A stretch of DNA of 64,000 bases, taken from positions 28,210,001 through 28,274,000 of the forward strand of contig OZ024748.1 in the NCBI GenBank assembly GCA_964016885.1, in the 5' to 3' direction. Shown here one piece after another: positions 39,453 through 52,336 of the stretch. Within the stretch, counting starts at the first letter, position 1. Each line of letters opens with the position of its first letter. Both the position numbers and the translations under genes were made by a program. This DNA comes from Eledone cirrhosa. Its lineage: Eukaryota. The notes below the pieces were generated by a model that was not told where the DNA came from, ran no database searches, and worked only from the letters and a program-made list of their open reading frames with translations.

Positions 39453-39632
39453 TAATAATAATAATAATTGTTTCTACTTTCGAAACAAGGCCAGCAATTA
39501 TCCCAGTGCATTACTGGTGCTTTATTTTATCGACCCCGTAAGGATGAAAGGCACTGGGTTGATAAAATAAAGTACCAGTAATGTACTGGTATTTGCTGGC
39601 CTTGTGCCAAAAGTAGAAACAATTATTATTAC
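39453..39632. mobile_element. Two SINE 3' halves in inverted, tail-out arrangement
   Basis: ATAATTGTTTCTACTTT…GATGAAAGGCA joined to GATAAAATAAAGTACCAG…GTAGAAACAATTATT. Confidence 0.8.
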
Positions 39633-40459
39633 TACACACACACACACACACACATAATAATAATAATAATAATAATAATAGGTATAAATTGAAGTTGTAG
39701 CCGATACCAATCAAATTGATTGAGGCAGTTACAAAAAGTTAATAAAGATTGATACTAAGAATAAAGCGACCCTTTGTATGTGGCCATATTACCACAACAC
39801 AGATATATACAAACAGGTCAAATACTAAACTGGACCATCTTGAATAGACAAGAAGTGATAAAAACCTTTGATAGGTTTCTGGGATTCCAAGAAAATACAC
39901 CATGGTTTGCACAATTTATATGTATGTCATAGATGCATCTATTGTTAGAACAAGAATATCGCTTCATTGGCAGGTTTTCACTTGAGAATATCTGACATAG
40001 TCCGGTCGCTAGAAGACTCTGAGGCATTTTACAGTAGTAGTAAATTCACCTGTGTCATCACATGACTTTTCTCAAATGAGCAAGGTCAAATTGGCCACAC
40101 TTTTGATGGGTAAATTCAAGGTGGGAACAAAGAGATTTTTTCACAGCCTCAAAGAAAAGCTCTCAACTAGCTTTATAAACAATCAATTAAATAATTAATC
40201 ATATGAAACTAGGAGAATGATAATAATAAAGGTATAAATCGAAGTTGTAGCTGCAGTACAGCAGATACCAATTGTTTGAGGCAGTCACAAAGCACTCAAT
40301 GGTGTGAAATGTTAATACATTTTTATCCAGAGTAAACACAAAAAGTTAATAAAGTGTGACACCAAGAATAAAGCGATGAAATGTATGTGGCCATAATACC
40401 ACAACACAGATGTATACAAACAGGTCAAATGCTGTATATATATATATATATATATAATT

Positions 40460-42196
40460 AAGTTAGTTGACCAGGTCATGAAGGTCACAGAAAGAGTTAT
40501 TGCACAACTAATTAGAGACCAAATTGATCTAGATGAAATGCAGTTTGGGAATGTGCCAGGTAAAAGTACCACGGATGCTCTCTTCCTTGTATGAGAACTA
40601 CAGGAGAAGTTCCTAGCTAACAGTAAACCCCTCTGTTTAGCTTTTGTTGGCTTGGAGAAAGCCTTTGACAGTCCCCCGCTCCAGTATCTGGTGGGCTCTT
40701 AGAAAACTAGGAATAGATGAATGGCTTGTGAGAGCTGTACAAGCCATGTATAGAGGAACAGTCAGCAGGGTTAGAATTAACAATGAATATAGTGAAGAAT
40801 TTAGCGTAAAAGTAGGGGTTCATCAAGGCTCTATCCTTAACCCCCTCCTGTTTATTATTGCCTGACAGGTTATTACAGAAGAGTTTAAGACCGGCTGGCT
40901 GCCCATGGGAACTCCTATACGCAGATGATCTAACTCTCATAGCTGAATCTATGGCTGAACTAGAGAAGAAATTCCAAACATGGAAGCATGGCCTAGAATC
41001 AAAAGGCCTTAAAGTTAACTTGTCTAAGACTAAAGTTCTAGTATGTAGAAAGGGAAATAGGGCACAGGTGCCCTTTGGGAAATGGCCATGCTCAGTGTGT
41101 AGGAAAGGAGTCGGTAGAAATTCCATTCTATGCCCCAAATGCAAACTATGGGTACATAAAAGATGTAGTGGGATCACAGGCAAGTTATCTAAGAATGTAT
41201 ATTTTATATGTGGCCAGTGCTCAAGTGCAGTAAATACCATATGCCCACAGGATGCTAGCTCATGCAACTGCCCAGATGGTTCTATAGAAATAGTAGACAC
41301 TTTCTGTTACCTGGGTGACAAAATCAGCAATGGAGGAGGGTGCTCTGAAAGTACAGTAGCCAGAGTTAGAACGGGATGGAAAAAGTTCGGAGAGCTTATA
41401 CCGTTGTTGGCCACAAAAGGTTTCTCTCTAAAAATGAAAGGCAGATTGTATGATGCTTGTATATGAACAGCAATGTTACATGTCAGTGAGACATGGGCAT
41501 TGTGTGCAGAGGACCTGCGCAGATTGGAAAGGAACGAAGCATGCATGCTCATGGATGTGTAATACGCGAACGGCAAACCATAAACGAACTAAGTGAGAAA
41601 TTAGGAATGAGGGATCAGATGCTGTTTACTTGAGGGGAGATTACATTGGTATGGTCATGTGATGCACATGAAAGACGACAGCTGTATAAAAAAGTGCAAG
41701 GCGATCAAAATTGATGGAAGTTACAGAGTAGGTAGACCCAGAAAAGCCTGGGACAACATGATAAAATCCGACCTTGCAAACTTACACTTCTTTAAGACAA
41801 TGTCTCTGGACCGAGATCTTTGGCGCTATGCATTAATACAGAAGACCTGCCTTGCCTATGTACAAAATTAAACCTACAGTCAGTAGGCACCTCTTAACCA
41901 AATATCCACCCCAACCCACTACCCCTACTCCATCCTCCTACCCCACCCTTTCTCTGTAAAGTTATGTTGGTACCACAGAACATTCAGTCTACACTAAAGT
42001 GGTCGTGTAGGAGACAAAAAGGCTCCCAATCCACACTGTAATGTGGTTGGTGTTAGGAAAGGCATCCAGCTGTAGAAAACCTGCCAGGTACAGTCCTATA
42101 CGAGAGAGACAGTCACCCGATCAATCTTGCCTCAAGTGGGACAATTCCCGTCTCAACCCCTTCTAGCATGGAAGATAGACGTTAAACGATGATGAT
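40460..42196 (+). mobile_element. 5'-truncated RTE LINE: RT domain, Cys-rich finger, C-terminus, 3' UTR
   Basis: QFGNVPGKSTTDA, LEKAFD, GVHQGSILNPLLF, LYADD, WPCSVCRKGVGRNSILCPKCKLWVHKRC, FCYLG, WYGHVM…GRPRKAW; several stops and frameshifts; ends GACGTTAAAC(GAT)n. Confidence 0.95.
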
Positions 42197-42758
42197 AGAT
42201 ATGTGTGTGCGTGTGCACGTGAAAGTGTATACATATAAAGATGGAGAGGGGGAGGGAAAGAGATATAAGAGAAAGACACATAGAAATAGAGAGATAGCGA
42301 GACATTGAGGGAGATAGAGAAATAAGAATGAATAAAGCAGCAATAGTACCTAAGTCACTATGCTAGAAAGAGCAGTAAAATCTCCCCATCTTGTCCCCAC
42401 AATTCTGTTATCAGAAGTCGATGGCAAGCATACCAGAGGTCAGATTAGTTGAAAACACACGAAAACCTTATTACCAATTTTATTTAGTGGTTTTAGCAAT
42501 CAATGTAAAAACAAACTTCCCTTTCATAAGTATTATATATATGTACATGTGTATGGGTGAGTGCATGTATGTGTATATATGTATGGATGTATATGCATGT
42601 ATGTGTATATATGTATGGGTGTGTGCATGTATGTGTATATATGATTTGATTTTGTTGGTCTTTATTGTTTTTGTTTGTTTAGGTGTGTGAAGTTTTTGCA
42701 AGATAAAGAGGGAAAAAGGTTAGAAAAGAAATCAGAAAATAAACGTGTGTGAGTATAA

Positions 42759-42790
<32 letters not shown>

Positions 42791-43202
42791 TTATGTATGT
42801 GTGTGCATGCTAATAAATATGGTTTTCAATTAACTTTGAAAATAATCAAGAATTTTTATGAATTTACAAACATTTTTTTTTTTTATTTCTAAGACAGCAT
42901 TTCAAACTTACTTACATAAAATGATGATGGAAGGGTTAAACTTAGATAGGAACACTTTAAAACAAAAGGCATTGAGTCATAAAACCAGGGATGATTTCAG
43001 GTGATTAAAAGAAATGATTGTTTTAGAGAGAGAGAATTTGTTTATATAAATATATAGTACATGAACATTTTCTTAGATTTTATTATTAGACATCTTGTGA
43101 AACTCCAGAACATTTTCAGGGAACCCACTTTGAGAAACACTGAACTGCTGGAACAACATGGTTGATGGTGGAACTGAATGATGTTTTCACTAAAGGTACC
43201 CA

Positions 43203-43640
43203 AGTACCAGGTTGTATGTCAGGTTTACCACCCTAGTACCTGGTTGTATGTCAGGTTTACCACCCTAGTACCCGGTTGTATGTCAGGTTTACCACCCTAG
43301 TACCTGGTTGTATGTCAGGTTTACCACCCTAGTACCTGGTTGTATGTCAGGTATACCACCCTAGTACCTGGTTGTATGTCAGGTATACCACCCTAGTACC
43401 TGGTTGTATGTCAGGTATATCACCCTAGTACCTGGTTGTATGTCAGGTATACTACCCTAGTACCTGGTTGTATGTTAGATACCAGGTGTGTTAGGTATAT
43501 CATCCAAGGACCAGGTGGTATGTTAGGTATACTATCCTAGGACCAGGTGTGTTAGGTATATCATCCAAGAACCAGGTATGTGTTAGGCAAAGGTACCCAA
43601 GGATCAGCTGGTGTGTACGCCAAACATCCAAGGACCAGGT
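43203..43640. repeat. 32-bp minisatellite AGTACCTGGTTGTATGTCAGGTTTACCACCCT decaying towards the right
   Basis: About 8 conserved units, then progressively diverged units. Confidence 0.9.
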
Positions 43641-44014
43641 ATTTCTTGTGGTATCATTACCTTATAACCATAATTCTCTTTCTACCACTAATGCTGAAGT
43701 TAGTAAGAACTAAATTTTACACATACATTACATCATAAACAAATCTAAAATATATTTGGTATGTGAGACATTCTAATGTCCCAACTTTCATTCCAGGCTC
43801 TAAGTCAAAAAATCCATTTTCTTTTCTTCAAACTTAATGCTATGTTAAATTATTTTTGTTAAATTATGGTTTGGTAATGTTAATCTACCTTATACATACA
43901 ATTAGTCATATATACAGTAATTTACTAATTATGATATTGTTATTACTAACTGTTGGTATTAATTAGAATTATTGTGTGGTTCTTTTGTGGCTTTTGGTGT
44001 TTCTCACTCACATG

Positions 44015-44079
<65 letters not shown>

Positions 44080-44339
44080 GTCAACAGAGAGACAATTCAC
44101 AAGATTGGGGACAGGCAGATGATCTGGTGCCTCAATAACAAAAGCCCCCAGTCCACACTGTAACATGGTTACATGGTTGGCGTTAGAAAGGACATTTATT
44201 TATTGAAACCAAGCCAAAACACAGATGCATATGAGCAAGACGTGGTCACCTGACCTGACTAGTCTCGTGTAGCAACCTGTCTAATCCATGAAAGTGTGGA
44301 AAAAATGGATGTTAAACGATGAGGATGATGATACATGTT

Positions 44340-44432
44340 ACCTTCTCTCTATTTTTCTGTATCTCTCTGTCTGTCTATCTATCCCTTTCTTTCTCACTCA
44401 CTTTCTCTCTTTCACCTTTCATACAGGTAAGT
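44340..44432 (+). other. Candidate juxtaposed 3'/5' splice site (recursive splice site)
   Basis: ~80-nt pyrimidine-rich tract, branch-like CTCAC near 44393-44401, then CAG|GTAAGT at 44424-44432. Confidence 0.35.
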
Positions 44433-45454
44433 ATTCTTTATTTATTTATTTTACTCTAATATTTATTTATTTATATATTTTCTTCATCAAAACGTTTATG
44501 AAAGGTTTAATTAATATACAAATATTAAAAAATAGATCTTTGAATAATTATTTAAATTATAATTTTTTTATTGTTTTAAATACTTAAAGTAGTTGTATTG
44601 TTATTCATATTCAGTGTCCTGTGTTCACCACCAATACCTTATTGATATAGTTTATTCTCCCTTTTTCCACTACTGCTATCATTAATAATTACACCACCAC
44701 CACCATCATTAACCCCACATAACAACACTGACGTTGGCTTCACAACCAACAGCACCACCATTCCCCTCACAACCACAAATGCTACTACCACCACTAGTAC
44801 CACTATTAACCCCACTACTCTTAACATTCTGTAATGATTTAGCAGGAAATATCTAATACTTTACTTGTGAACAAATTTTTCTGAAAATTAGCAGAATTAG
44901 AATAAAGACTTTATTTTCAATTAAATGTTTATAGTATCTTTACCAGTTGACTGATCTTTGTGAAATTTTGCAGTATTAGATTAAAGCCATCAATATTTTA
45001 TGTGATGCAGTTCTACTGCTGTTTTGTACTTTATCTCAACAGTTGTATCTATCTATCTATGTATGTGTGTGTGAAAGGGAAGGTGACACTTTTCCTCCTC
45101 TCTAGAGAGGAGGAGAAGGTGGTGATTGTTAGAACTTCTTATTTCAGGGCCTTTGGAATGTTATCATAGTTCTGTGGTCTGGCATTCTCACCTACTCACT
45201 GTCTCTCTCTCTCTCTATATATATATATATTTTCATCATATATATACACACATATACACCATGGCCTACTGCTGACCTCCCCCTCAACCAACCAGCTACT
45301 GCCACTACCAATATCTTCTCATATTTAATCCCTCACCTATTTCTTAGTGCACTGAACCTTGTGTTTCATATTTCTTACATCCACCATACCACCCACCTTC
45401 ACCCCCCCCCCCCCACACACACCTACATTCTTGTTTCCATTCCGAAATCATATA

Positions 45455-45680
45455 TATGTATGTTTGTTGAGTGTGTATGTATATGTGTGTTTGTTGAGTC
45501 ATCATCATCATCACCGTTTTACGTCCGTTCTTCCACACTAGCATGGGTTAGACGGGGTATGTATATATAGATATATGTATGTTTGTTGAATGTGTATGTA
45601 TATATATATATGTATGTTTGTTGAGTGTGTATGTATATGTATGTATATATATGTATGTTTGTTGAGTGTGTATGTATATG

Positions 45681-45719
<39 letters not shown>

Positions 45720-45741
45720 TTGTTGAGTGTGTATGTATATG

Positions 45742-45778
<37 letters not shown>

Positions 45779-45853
45779 TTGTTGAGTGTGTATGTATGTG
45801 TATGTATATATATATTAATATATATGTATGTTTGTTGAGTGTGTATGTATATG

Positions 45854-45890
<37 letters not shown>

Positions 45891-46059
45891 TTGTTGAGTG
45901 TGTATGTATATATATATTAATATATATGTATGTTTGTTGAGTGTGTATGTGTATGTATGTATATATATATTAATATATGTATGTTTGTTGAGTGTGTATG
46001 TATATGTATGTATATATATATTAATATATATGTATGTTTGTTGAGTGTGTATGTATATG

Positions 46060-46098
<39 letters not shown>

Positions 46099-46355
46099 TT
46101 GTTGAGTGTGTATGTATATATATATTAATATATATGTATGTTTGTTGAGTGTGTATGTGTATGTATGTATATATATATTAATATATGTATGTTTGTTGAG
46201 TGTGTATGTATATGTATGTATATATATATTAATATATATGTATGTTTGTTGAGTGTGTATGTATATGTATGTATATATATATATATGTATGTTTGTTGAG
46301 TGTGTATGTATATATATATTAATATATATGTATGTTTGTTGAGTGTGTATGTATG
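45455..46355. repeat. Compound repeat ATGTATGTTTGTTGAGTGTGTATG with variable (TA)n spacers
   Basis: About 18 recurrences; a short inverted RTE-type tail lies at ~45499-45556. Confidence 0.9.
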
Positions 46356-46739
46356 GAGAGAAAACATTTGTTGTTTCAAAGTAAAAAAATATTGTAGTGG
46401 GTCCACGAAAATAACAGTAAATATAGAGTAATGTAAATGATAAAGGGTTACAATGTAAATGATAAGGGGTTACAATGTAAATGATAAAGGGTTACATAGC
46501 CGGTTGAGAAGGTAAGTAGCTACAAAAAACGGGTGGGTGGGGGATGTTCTAAAAATTAATTCATACCAATAATCAGTCATATTAACATGTTGGGTTCATA
46601 AACAGACTCATTAACAAGGATATGGTCCAGGCATGGAAGGGCCAAACTCCCACTGTCACCACCTCCACCTCTCTTGCCCTCCCCATCTCTCTGTATGGTG
46701 AGCAAATGGGGTCCCACGTGCTGCCCCCCCCCCCCACAC

Positions 46740-46860
46740 ACACACAGCCCCGGGCGGACAGAATGAAGAAGGCGTTTCCCTGGAGGATGGTAAGGGAGAT
46801 GTACTGGAAGAACCATTCCATCTCACGAGGCTCACACACCTGTGGCTGGCCAGCTCCTTC
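46740..46860 (-). mobile_element. Second CRE-like 3' remnant
   Basis: EPREMEWFFQYISLTILQGNAFFILSA aligns with EPREVGWLLQWVSLAIVRGNAVAVLSA at ~34810. Confidence 0.65.
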
Positions 46861-47599
46861 ACCACTGTCACACACACATCTACAGTACCACCAGCCACCT
46901 GACACACACCCTGCTTGTTTTCATCTGTCTCATGGCATTCCTTCTTTCCCTCTCTTGCCCCCTTATTTTCTCATCAATCTCATGGTAACCTGTTTGTCCC
47001 AAAGGTAAAAGGAAGCTGGTCCCCTAGAGGATGGTTAACACTACCACCATTGTACCCTTCTCATCTCTTCACAGAACCACCCATCACGATCATTATCACA
47101 ATTACTGCCTCTCAATCGAGCCACACAACCACCTCTACTTCCAACCATCACCATTCCCAACAATCCCCACCCACCCTAAAAAACCACCACCATCACCACC
47201 AGAAGCAGTTACTTAATACCTTTCTTCCTGTTTTGAACCTCACTGCCCAGATTCATTTATTTACCTTCACTACCCACCTTCACCAACCACCCTATCAACG
47301 TACTTCTAACTTCTCTCTCTTATCCCTTAAGTCTGCTAGCTGAGTCAGTATATAGAACCACCATCACCACCACTATCCTCTCCACTTATCTACTAACACC
47401 CCTATTATGTCTTTCCCTTCCTCTACACCCATGTACACATTTCTATGCCTGTGTGTGTGGGTAGGAATTCTTTATTCTCAGATAGGCACTGATCTTTGTC
47501 TTTGTCCTTTGTCCTCTAAAGAGATAGATAGGAGGGGGTGGGCTGATAGTGGTAGTCCCCTTTCTTCTATATTGTATAAAGTAAATGTCTTCATGGTCA

Positions 47600-47950
47600 C
47601 TTCTCTTCTTCTTCAACCACTTATTCCTGAGAGGGTCATGGAGGCAGTGTCCTCAAACATTCCTTCCAGAAGGTACTGTCAGAAGCAACCTTCTCCAATT
47701 GATCTGGCTAGATCTCCAAGGGAGACCAGCCGAGCTCAAGGATGTTATCCAACCATCTTGCTCGGGGGTCTACCTCTGGGTTTCCTGCTGGTTAGTTTAG
47801 CCCGTAAAATCTGTCCCGCAGTTCTTTCCTGAGACATTCTAACCACATGCCCATAGTATCAAAGCTGTGATCTCTCAATTCAGAGAAGTAATGGCTCTAC
47901 CTGGTGTGACTCTCTGATCTCCGAGCTACGCACTCTATCGAATAATGTTC
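47600..47950 (-). mobile_element. RTE LINE C-terminal remnant (different family from 40460)
   Basis: DRVRSSEIRESHQVEPLLL*IERSQL*YYGHVVRM…KPRGRP. Confidence 0.8.
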
Positions 47951-48341
47951 TCCAAAGACCCTTTGGAGGAACCCCATTTTGGTCGCTTGTATTTGTGCCA
48001 TTTGCCCAAGTTACATGAGGTAAGGGATGGCATGAATACTGAGTTGATTATAGGAGTTTTACTTTTGCACCTACCCCCATCTGATTACTGAATGCTAAAG
48101 CTGGCGTATTACTGCACCAGCTTCTGCAATTCTTGCATTTAATTCAGCCTCCTACATTCCATGAGCTGCAACGACACTGGTGCTAAGATTTATCGGCCTT
48201 TGCCTTTTCCCTGGACAACATTGGTGGCGTAGAGGGGAGGGAGACAGGTTTGCATGGGCAACAGCTGGTCTTCCATTAACAACCGTGCCTCTGAGGGGGG
48301 AACTTTTTACGCACAAATTCTATTTGACCGAAGAGGGTCGT

Positions 48342-48381
<40 letters not shown>

Positions 48382-48399
48382 AAGACCCTCTTCGGTCAC

Positions 48400-48720
48400 A
48401 AATGTCCATTTTCCACGCTCGCATGGGTTAGATGGGTTGTCCTATTTGAGGCAAGTTGGGTCAGGTGACTGCTCATATAGAACTTTCTGGTTTTATTTCT
48501 ACAGCTGGATGCCCTTCCTAACACCAATCACATTTACAGTGTGTGCTGGGTTCTTTTTGTTGTGACTCCTACACGACCACCTTACAGAGTAGCCTGGGTG
48601 CTTTTTGTCTTGACATCTACATAACCACATTACAATGTGGGCTGGGTGCTTTCTATCGTGACACCTACATGACCACTTTACAGTGATTTTTGTGATATCA
48701 ACATAACTTTACAGTGCAAG
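48400..48720 (-). mobile_element. RTE-type 3' UTR/tail with internal ~45-bp repeats
   Basis: TTTCTACAGCTGGATGCCCTTCCTAACACCAA; similar to 15140-15430. Confidence 0.75.
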
Positions 48721-50349
48721 GGTGATGTGGACTGGAGTGGGAGGATGGGTGTAGGGGCTCGGGATGTTTGGAAGGGAGTATAGTGGTATATGTGACTCAT
48801 TATGGTGTGCATGCATATGAGACCATCACTAATAAGCCACAACATCATTTCCTAACCCCACCATCTTCACCACTATATAGCTATCACTGGACCATTTTGG
48901 CTCCATAATGTAATTTTGAGTTGATTATTTTGGTGCCTTTCTTTGCACTGGTTTGCCCCCCCCCCCCCCCCCCCCCCCACCCGTCCTGTCTCCCTCTTCC
49001 TTTTCTCTTCCTTAAATGATAGTGAACATTGTATCTATTTATATATATATATATATATGTGTGTGTGTTTGTATGTTTATTGTAAATTCTTCATCACTCT
49101 TCCTCTTTATCTATTCCTCTACTAATTTCTTTCTATCTAAAATACTATCCTCCATGTACCTCTCTTTCTTTCATGTATTTCTTCCTTATCTTCTTTTCTT
49201 TTTGTTATTTTCTTTTTCTACTCTCTCCTTTTCTCTCTCCTCCTTTCCCCCATTTTTATGATCACTTTATTCTTGCCTTCTATATCCCTATGTGAAAAAG
49301 TTCTCATTCCACTTTGAAATTCATGATTATTTAAATTGTTGGATGGTTTAATTTGATTAGAGTAATCAAATATTAGCGATCCAAGAATGATATGTAACAC
49401 ATATGATGAAACACGTGTAAGTGTTATGCAATAAATGTTATTCCCACTCTTCTGGATTGTGATGTTTTAAATAATAATTTTGTAAATTTCACAGTTGTAA
49501 TTTATTTGTTGCACTGCTGTATTAAGTTCCTAACCTCTCAATGTAGTTAACTTTCTAGTTTATTAAATTGATCTTGATTCAATGTTGTTTTCTTTCTACT
49601 TTCTCCTGCTCTCTCTCTCATATTTGTTTTTGTAAATATGTAGCTCTCTCCAACTCTCACATTTTTTACTCTTTCATACACAAACCTTAGATTTCTTTCA
49701 CCCCCTCCCTCCCTCTCTGCAACTTACCTATTTCTAAGAACACTTTTTATCATCATCCTCCTGCTGTCACCTCCTCCACTCTTTCTCAATAGTTACCATG
49801 ACTCGCCCCCACCATACTTCTCTGTTACTACATCAATAGTCACACCACATCTTTATTATACAGCCAGACACATGGTACCATTCTGTTTGTTAGAGAATTT
49901 CTCACATGCCTTTTGGGGGGTGAGAGTGGGGTTTACTATTCGATGTCATTACACGCTATAACCCTTATACAACTAATCACACCACACCTGTTCAGAGTGG
50001 CTTGCCTGTCTGGCACCATACCTGTCTTATACAACCATTCACACCACACCTGCCTGGTTATTGGAATGGAGGAAGTTATCTTCAGACCAGAGGCCTGTGC
50101 TCCCTCTTCACTCTGTCTTCACCCCCTAGTGCTTGTACCAAAGTGAATGTAGCTGAAGGCACTCCAAGGTCCACCATGGTGGAAATCTACCACTCAAGTA
50201 ACCCACAGTAGGATTTGAACCCAGAATGCCCTAACAATTCTGAGTGTTGTCAGCCTTCTTGTCTGTATAGTACTATGATTACAGTCTGTCTGTCTGGCTG
50301 GCTGTCTATCTGTCAATATGTCTGTCTATTTATCTACCTCTGTCTCTAT

Positions 50350-50585
50350 ATCAGCCTGTAGGTTGAGGAAGAGAGGAAAGGAGTGCTCACTCTTCGTACT
50401 CCTGGAGATGAGGGGGGGGGGGGGGGGGATGTGTCAGCTATAGTTAATGTCACCCCCATATTGGGGAAAATCGATTGTTTTTCTTTAATTTTCATCTGTG
50501 ATATTGTTTTACACGTTTTATTGAATGTAAACTTCCCCCATTGTACTTGTCCCCTTCTTTTGTGTCCTTGTGGCTAATAAAGAAA
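50350..50585 (+). mobile_element. Tx1-like element copy A: stop codon plus diverged 3' UTR
   Basis: ATCAGCCTGTAGGTTGAGGAAGA resembles ATCAGACTATAGGTGAGGAAGA; ends TGTAAACTTCCCCCATTGTACTTGTCCC…GGCTAATAAAGAAA. Confidence 0.75.
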
Positions 50586-52213
50586 TATATATCTATCTGT
50601 ATATCTATCTATATCTATCTCTGTCTATCTGTCTATCTATATCTACCTCTGTCTGTCTGTCTATCTATATCTACCTCTATGTCTGTCTATCTATATCTAT
50701 CTATATCTACCTCTATGTCTGTCTATCTATATCTACCTCTATGTCTGTCTATCTATATCTACCTCTATGTCTGTCTATCTATATCTACCTCTATGTCTAT
50801 CTATCTATATCTACCTCTATGTCTGTCTATCTATATCTATCTATATCTACCTCTATGTCTATCTATCTATATCTACCTCTATGTCTGTCTATCTATCTAT
50901 ATCTACCTCTATGTCTATCTATCTATATCTACCTCTATGTCTATCTATCTATATCTACCTCTATGTCTATCTATCTATCTATATCTACCTCTATGTCTAT
51001 CTATCTATCTATATCTACCTCTATGTCTGTCTGTCTATCTATCTATCTATCTATCTATATCTACCTCTATGTCTATCTATCTATCTATATCTACCTCTAT
51101 GTCTGTCTATCTATATCTACCTCTATGTCTGTCTATCTATATCTACCTCTATGTCTATCTATCTATATCTCGCTCTATGTCTATCTATCTATATCTACCT
51201 CTATGTCTATCTATCTATCTATCTATATCTACCTCTATGTCTGTCTATCTATATCTACCTCTATGTCTATCTATCTATATCTACCTCTATGTCTATCTAT
51301 CTATCTATATCTACCTCTATGTATGTCTATCTATCTATATCTACCTCTGTGTCTATCTATCTATATCTACCTCTATGTCTATCTATCTATCTATATCTAC
51401 CTCTATGTCTGTCTATCTATCTATATCTACCTCTATGTCTGTCTATCTATCTATATCTACCTCTATGTCTATCTATCTATATCTACCTCTATGTCTATCT
51501 ATCTATATCTACCTCTATGTCTATCTATCTATATCTACCTCTATGTCTATCTATCTATATCTACCTCTATGTCTATCTATCTATATCTACCTCTATGTCT
51601 GTCTGTCTATCTATCTATATCTACCTCTATGTCTATCTATCTATATCTACCTCTATGTCTATGTATCTATATCTACCTCTATGTCTATCTATCTATATCT
51701 ACCTCTATGTCTATCTATCTATATCTACCTCTATGTCTATCTATCTATCTATCTATCTATATCTACCTCTATGTCTATCTATCTATATCTACCTCTATGT
51801 CTATCTATCTATATCTACCTCTATGTCTATCTATCTATATCTACCTCTATGTCTATCTATCTATCTATATCTACCTCTATGTCTATCTATCTATATCTAC
51901 CTCTATGTCTATCTATCTATATCTACCTCTATGTCTGTCTGTCTATCTATATCTACCTCTATGTCTGTCTGTCTATCTATCTATATCTACCTCTATGTCT
52001 ATCTATCTATATCTACCTCTATGTCTATCTATCTATATCTACCTCTATGTCTGTCTATCTATCTATCTATATCTACCTCTATGTCTATCTATCTATCTAT
52101 CTATATCTACCTCTATGTCTGTCTATCTATCTATATCTACCTCTATGTCTATCTATCTATCTATCTATATCTACCTCTATGTCTATCTATCTATATCTAC
52201 CTCTATGTCTATC

Positions 52214-52240
52214 TGATGCCCTAGTGGCAAATAAAAGAAA
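52214..52240 (+). mobile_element. Tx1-like copy B: 27-bp extreme 3' end only
   Basis: TGATGCCCTAGTGGCAAATAAAAGAAA is identical to the end of copy C (53745-53771). Confidence 0.85.
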
Positions 52241-52336
52241 TATATCTATATCTACCTCTATGTCTATCTATCTATATCTACCTCTATGTCTGTCTATCTA
52301 TCTATATCTACCTCTATGTCTATCTATCTATCTATC

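Noticed and set aside
43203-43480. CRISPR array (also considered for 36727-36907 and 45455-46355)
   Set aside because: No unique spacers, no cas genes, eukaryotic context.
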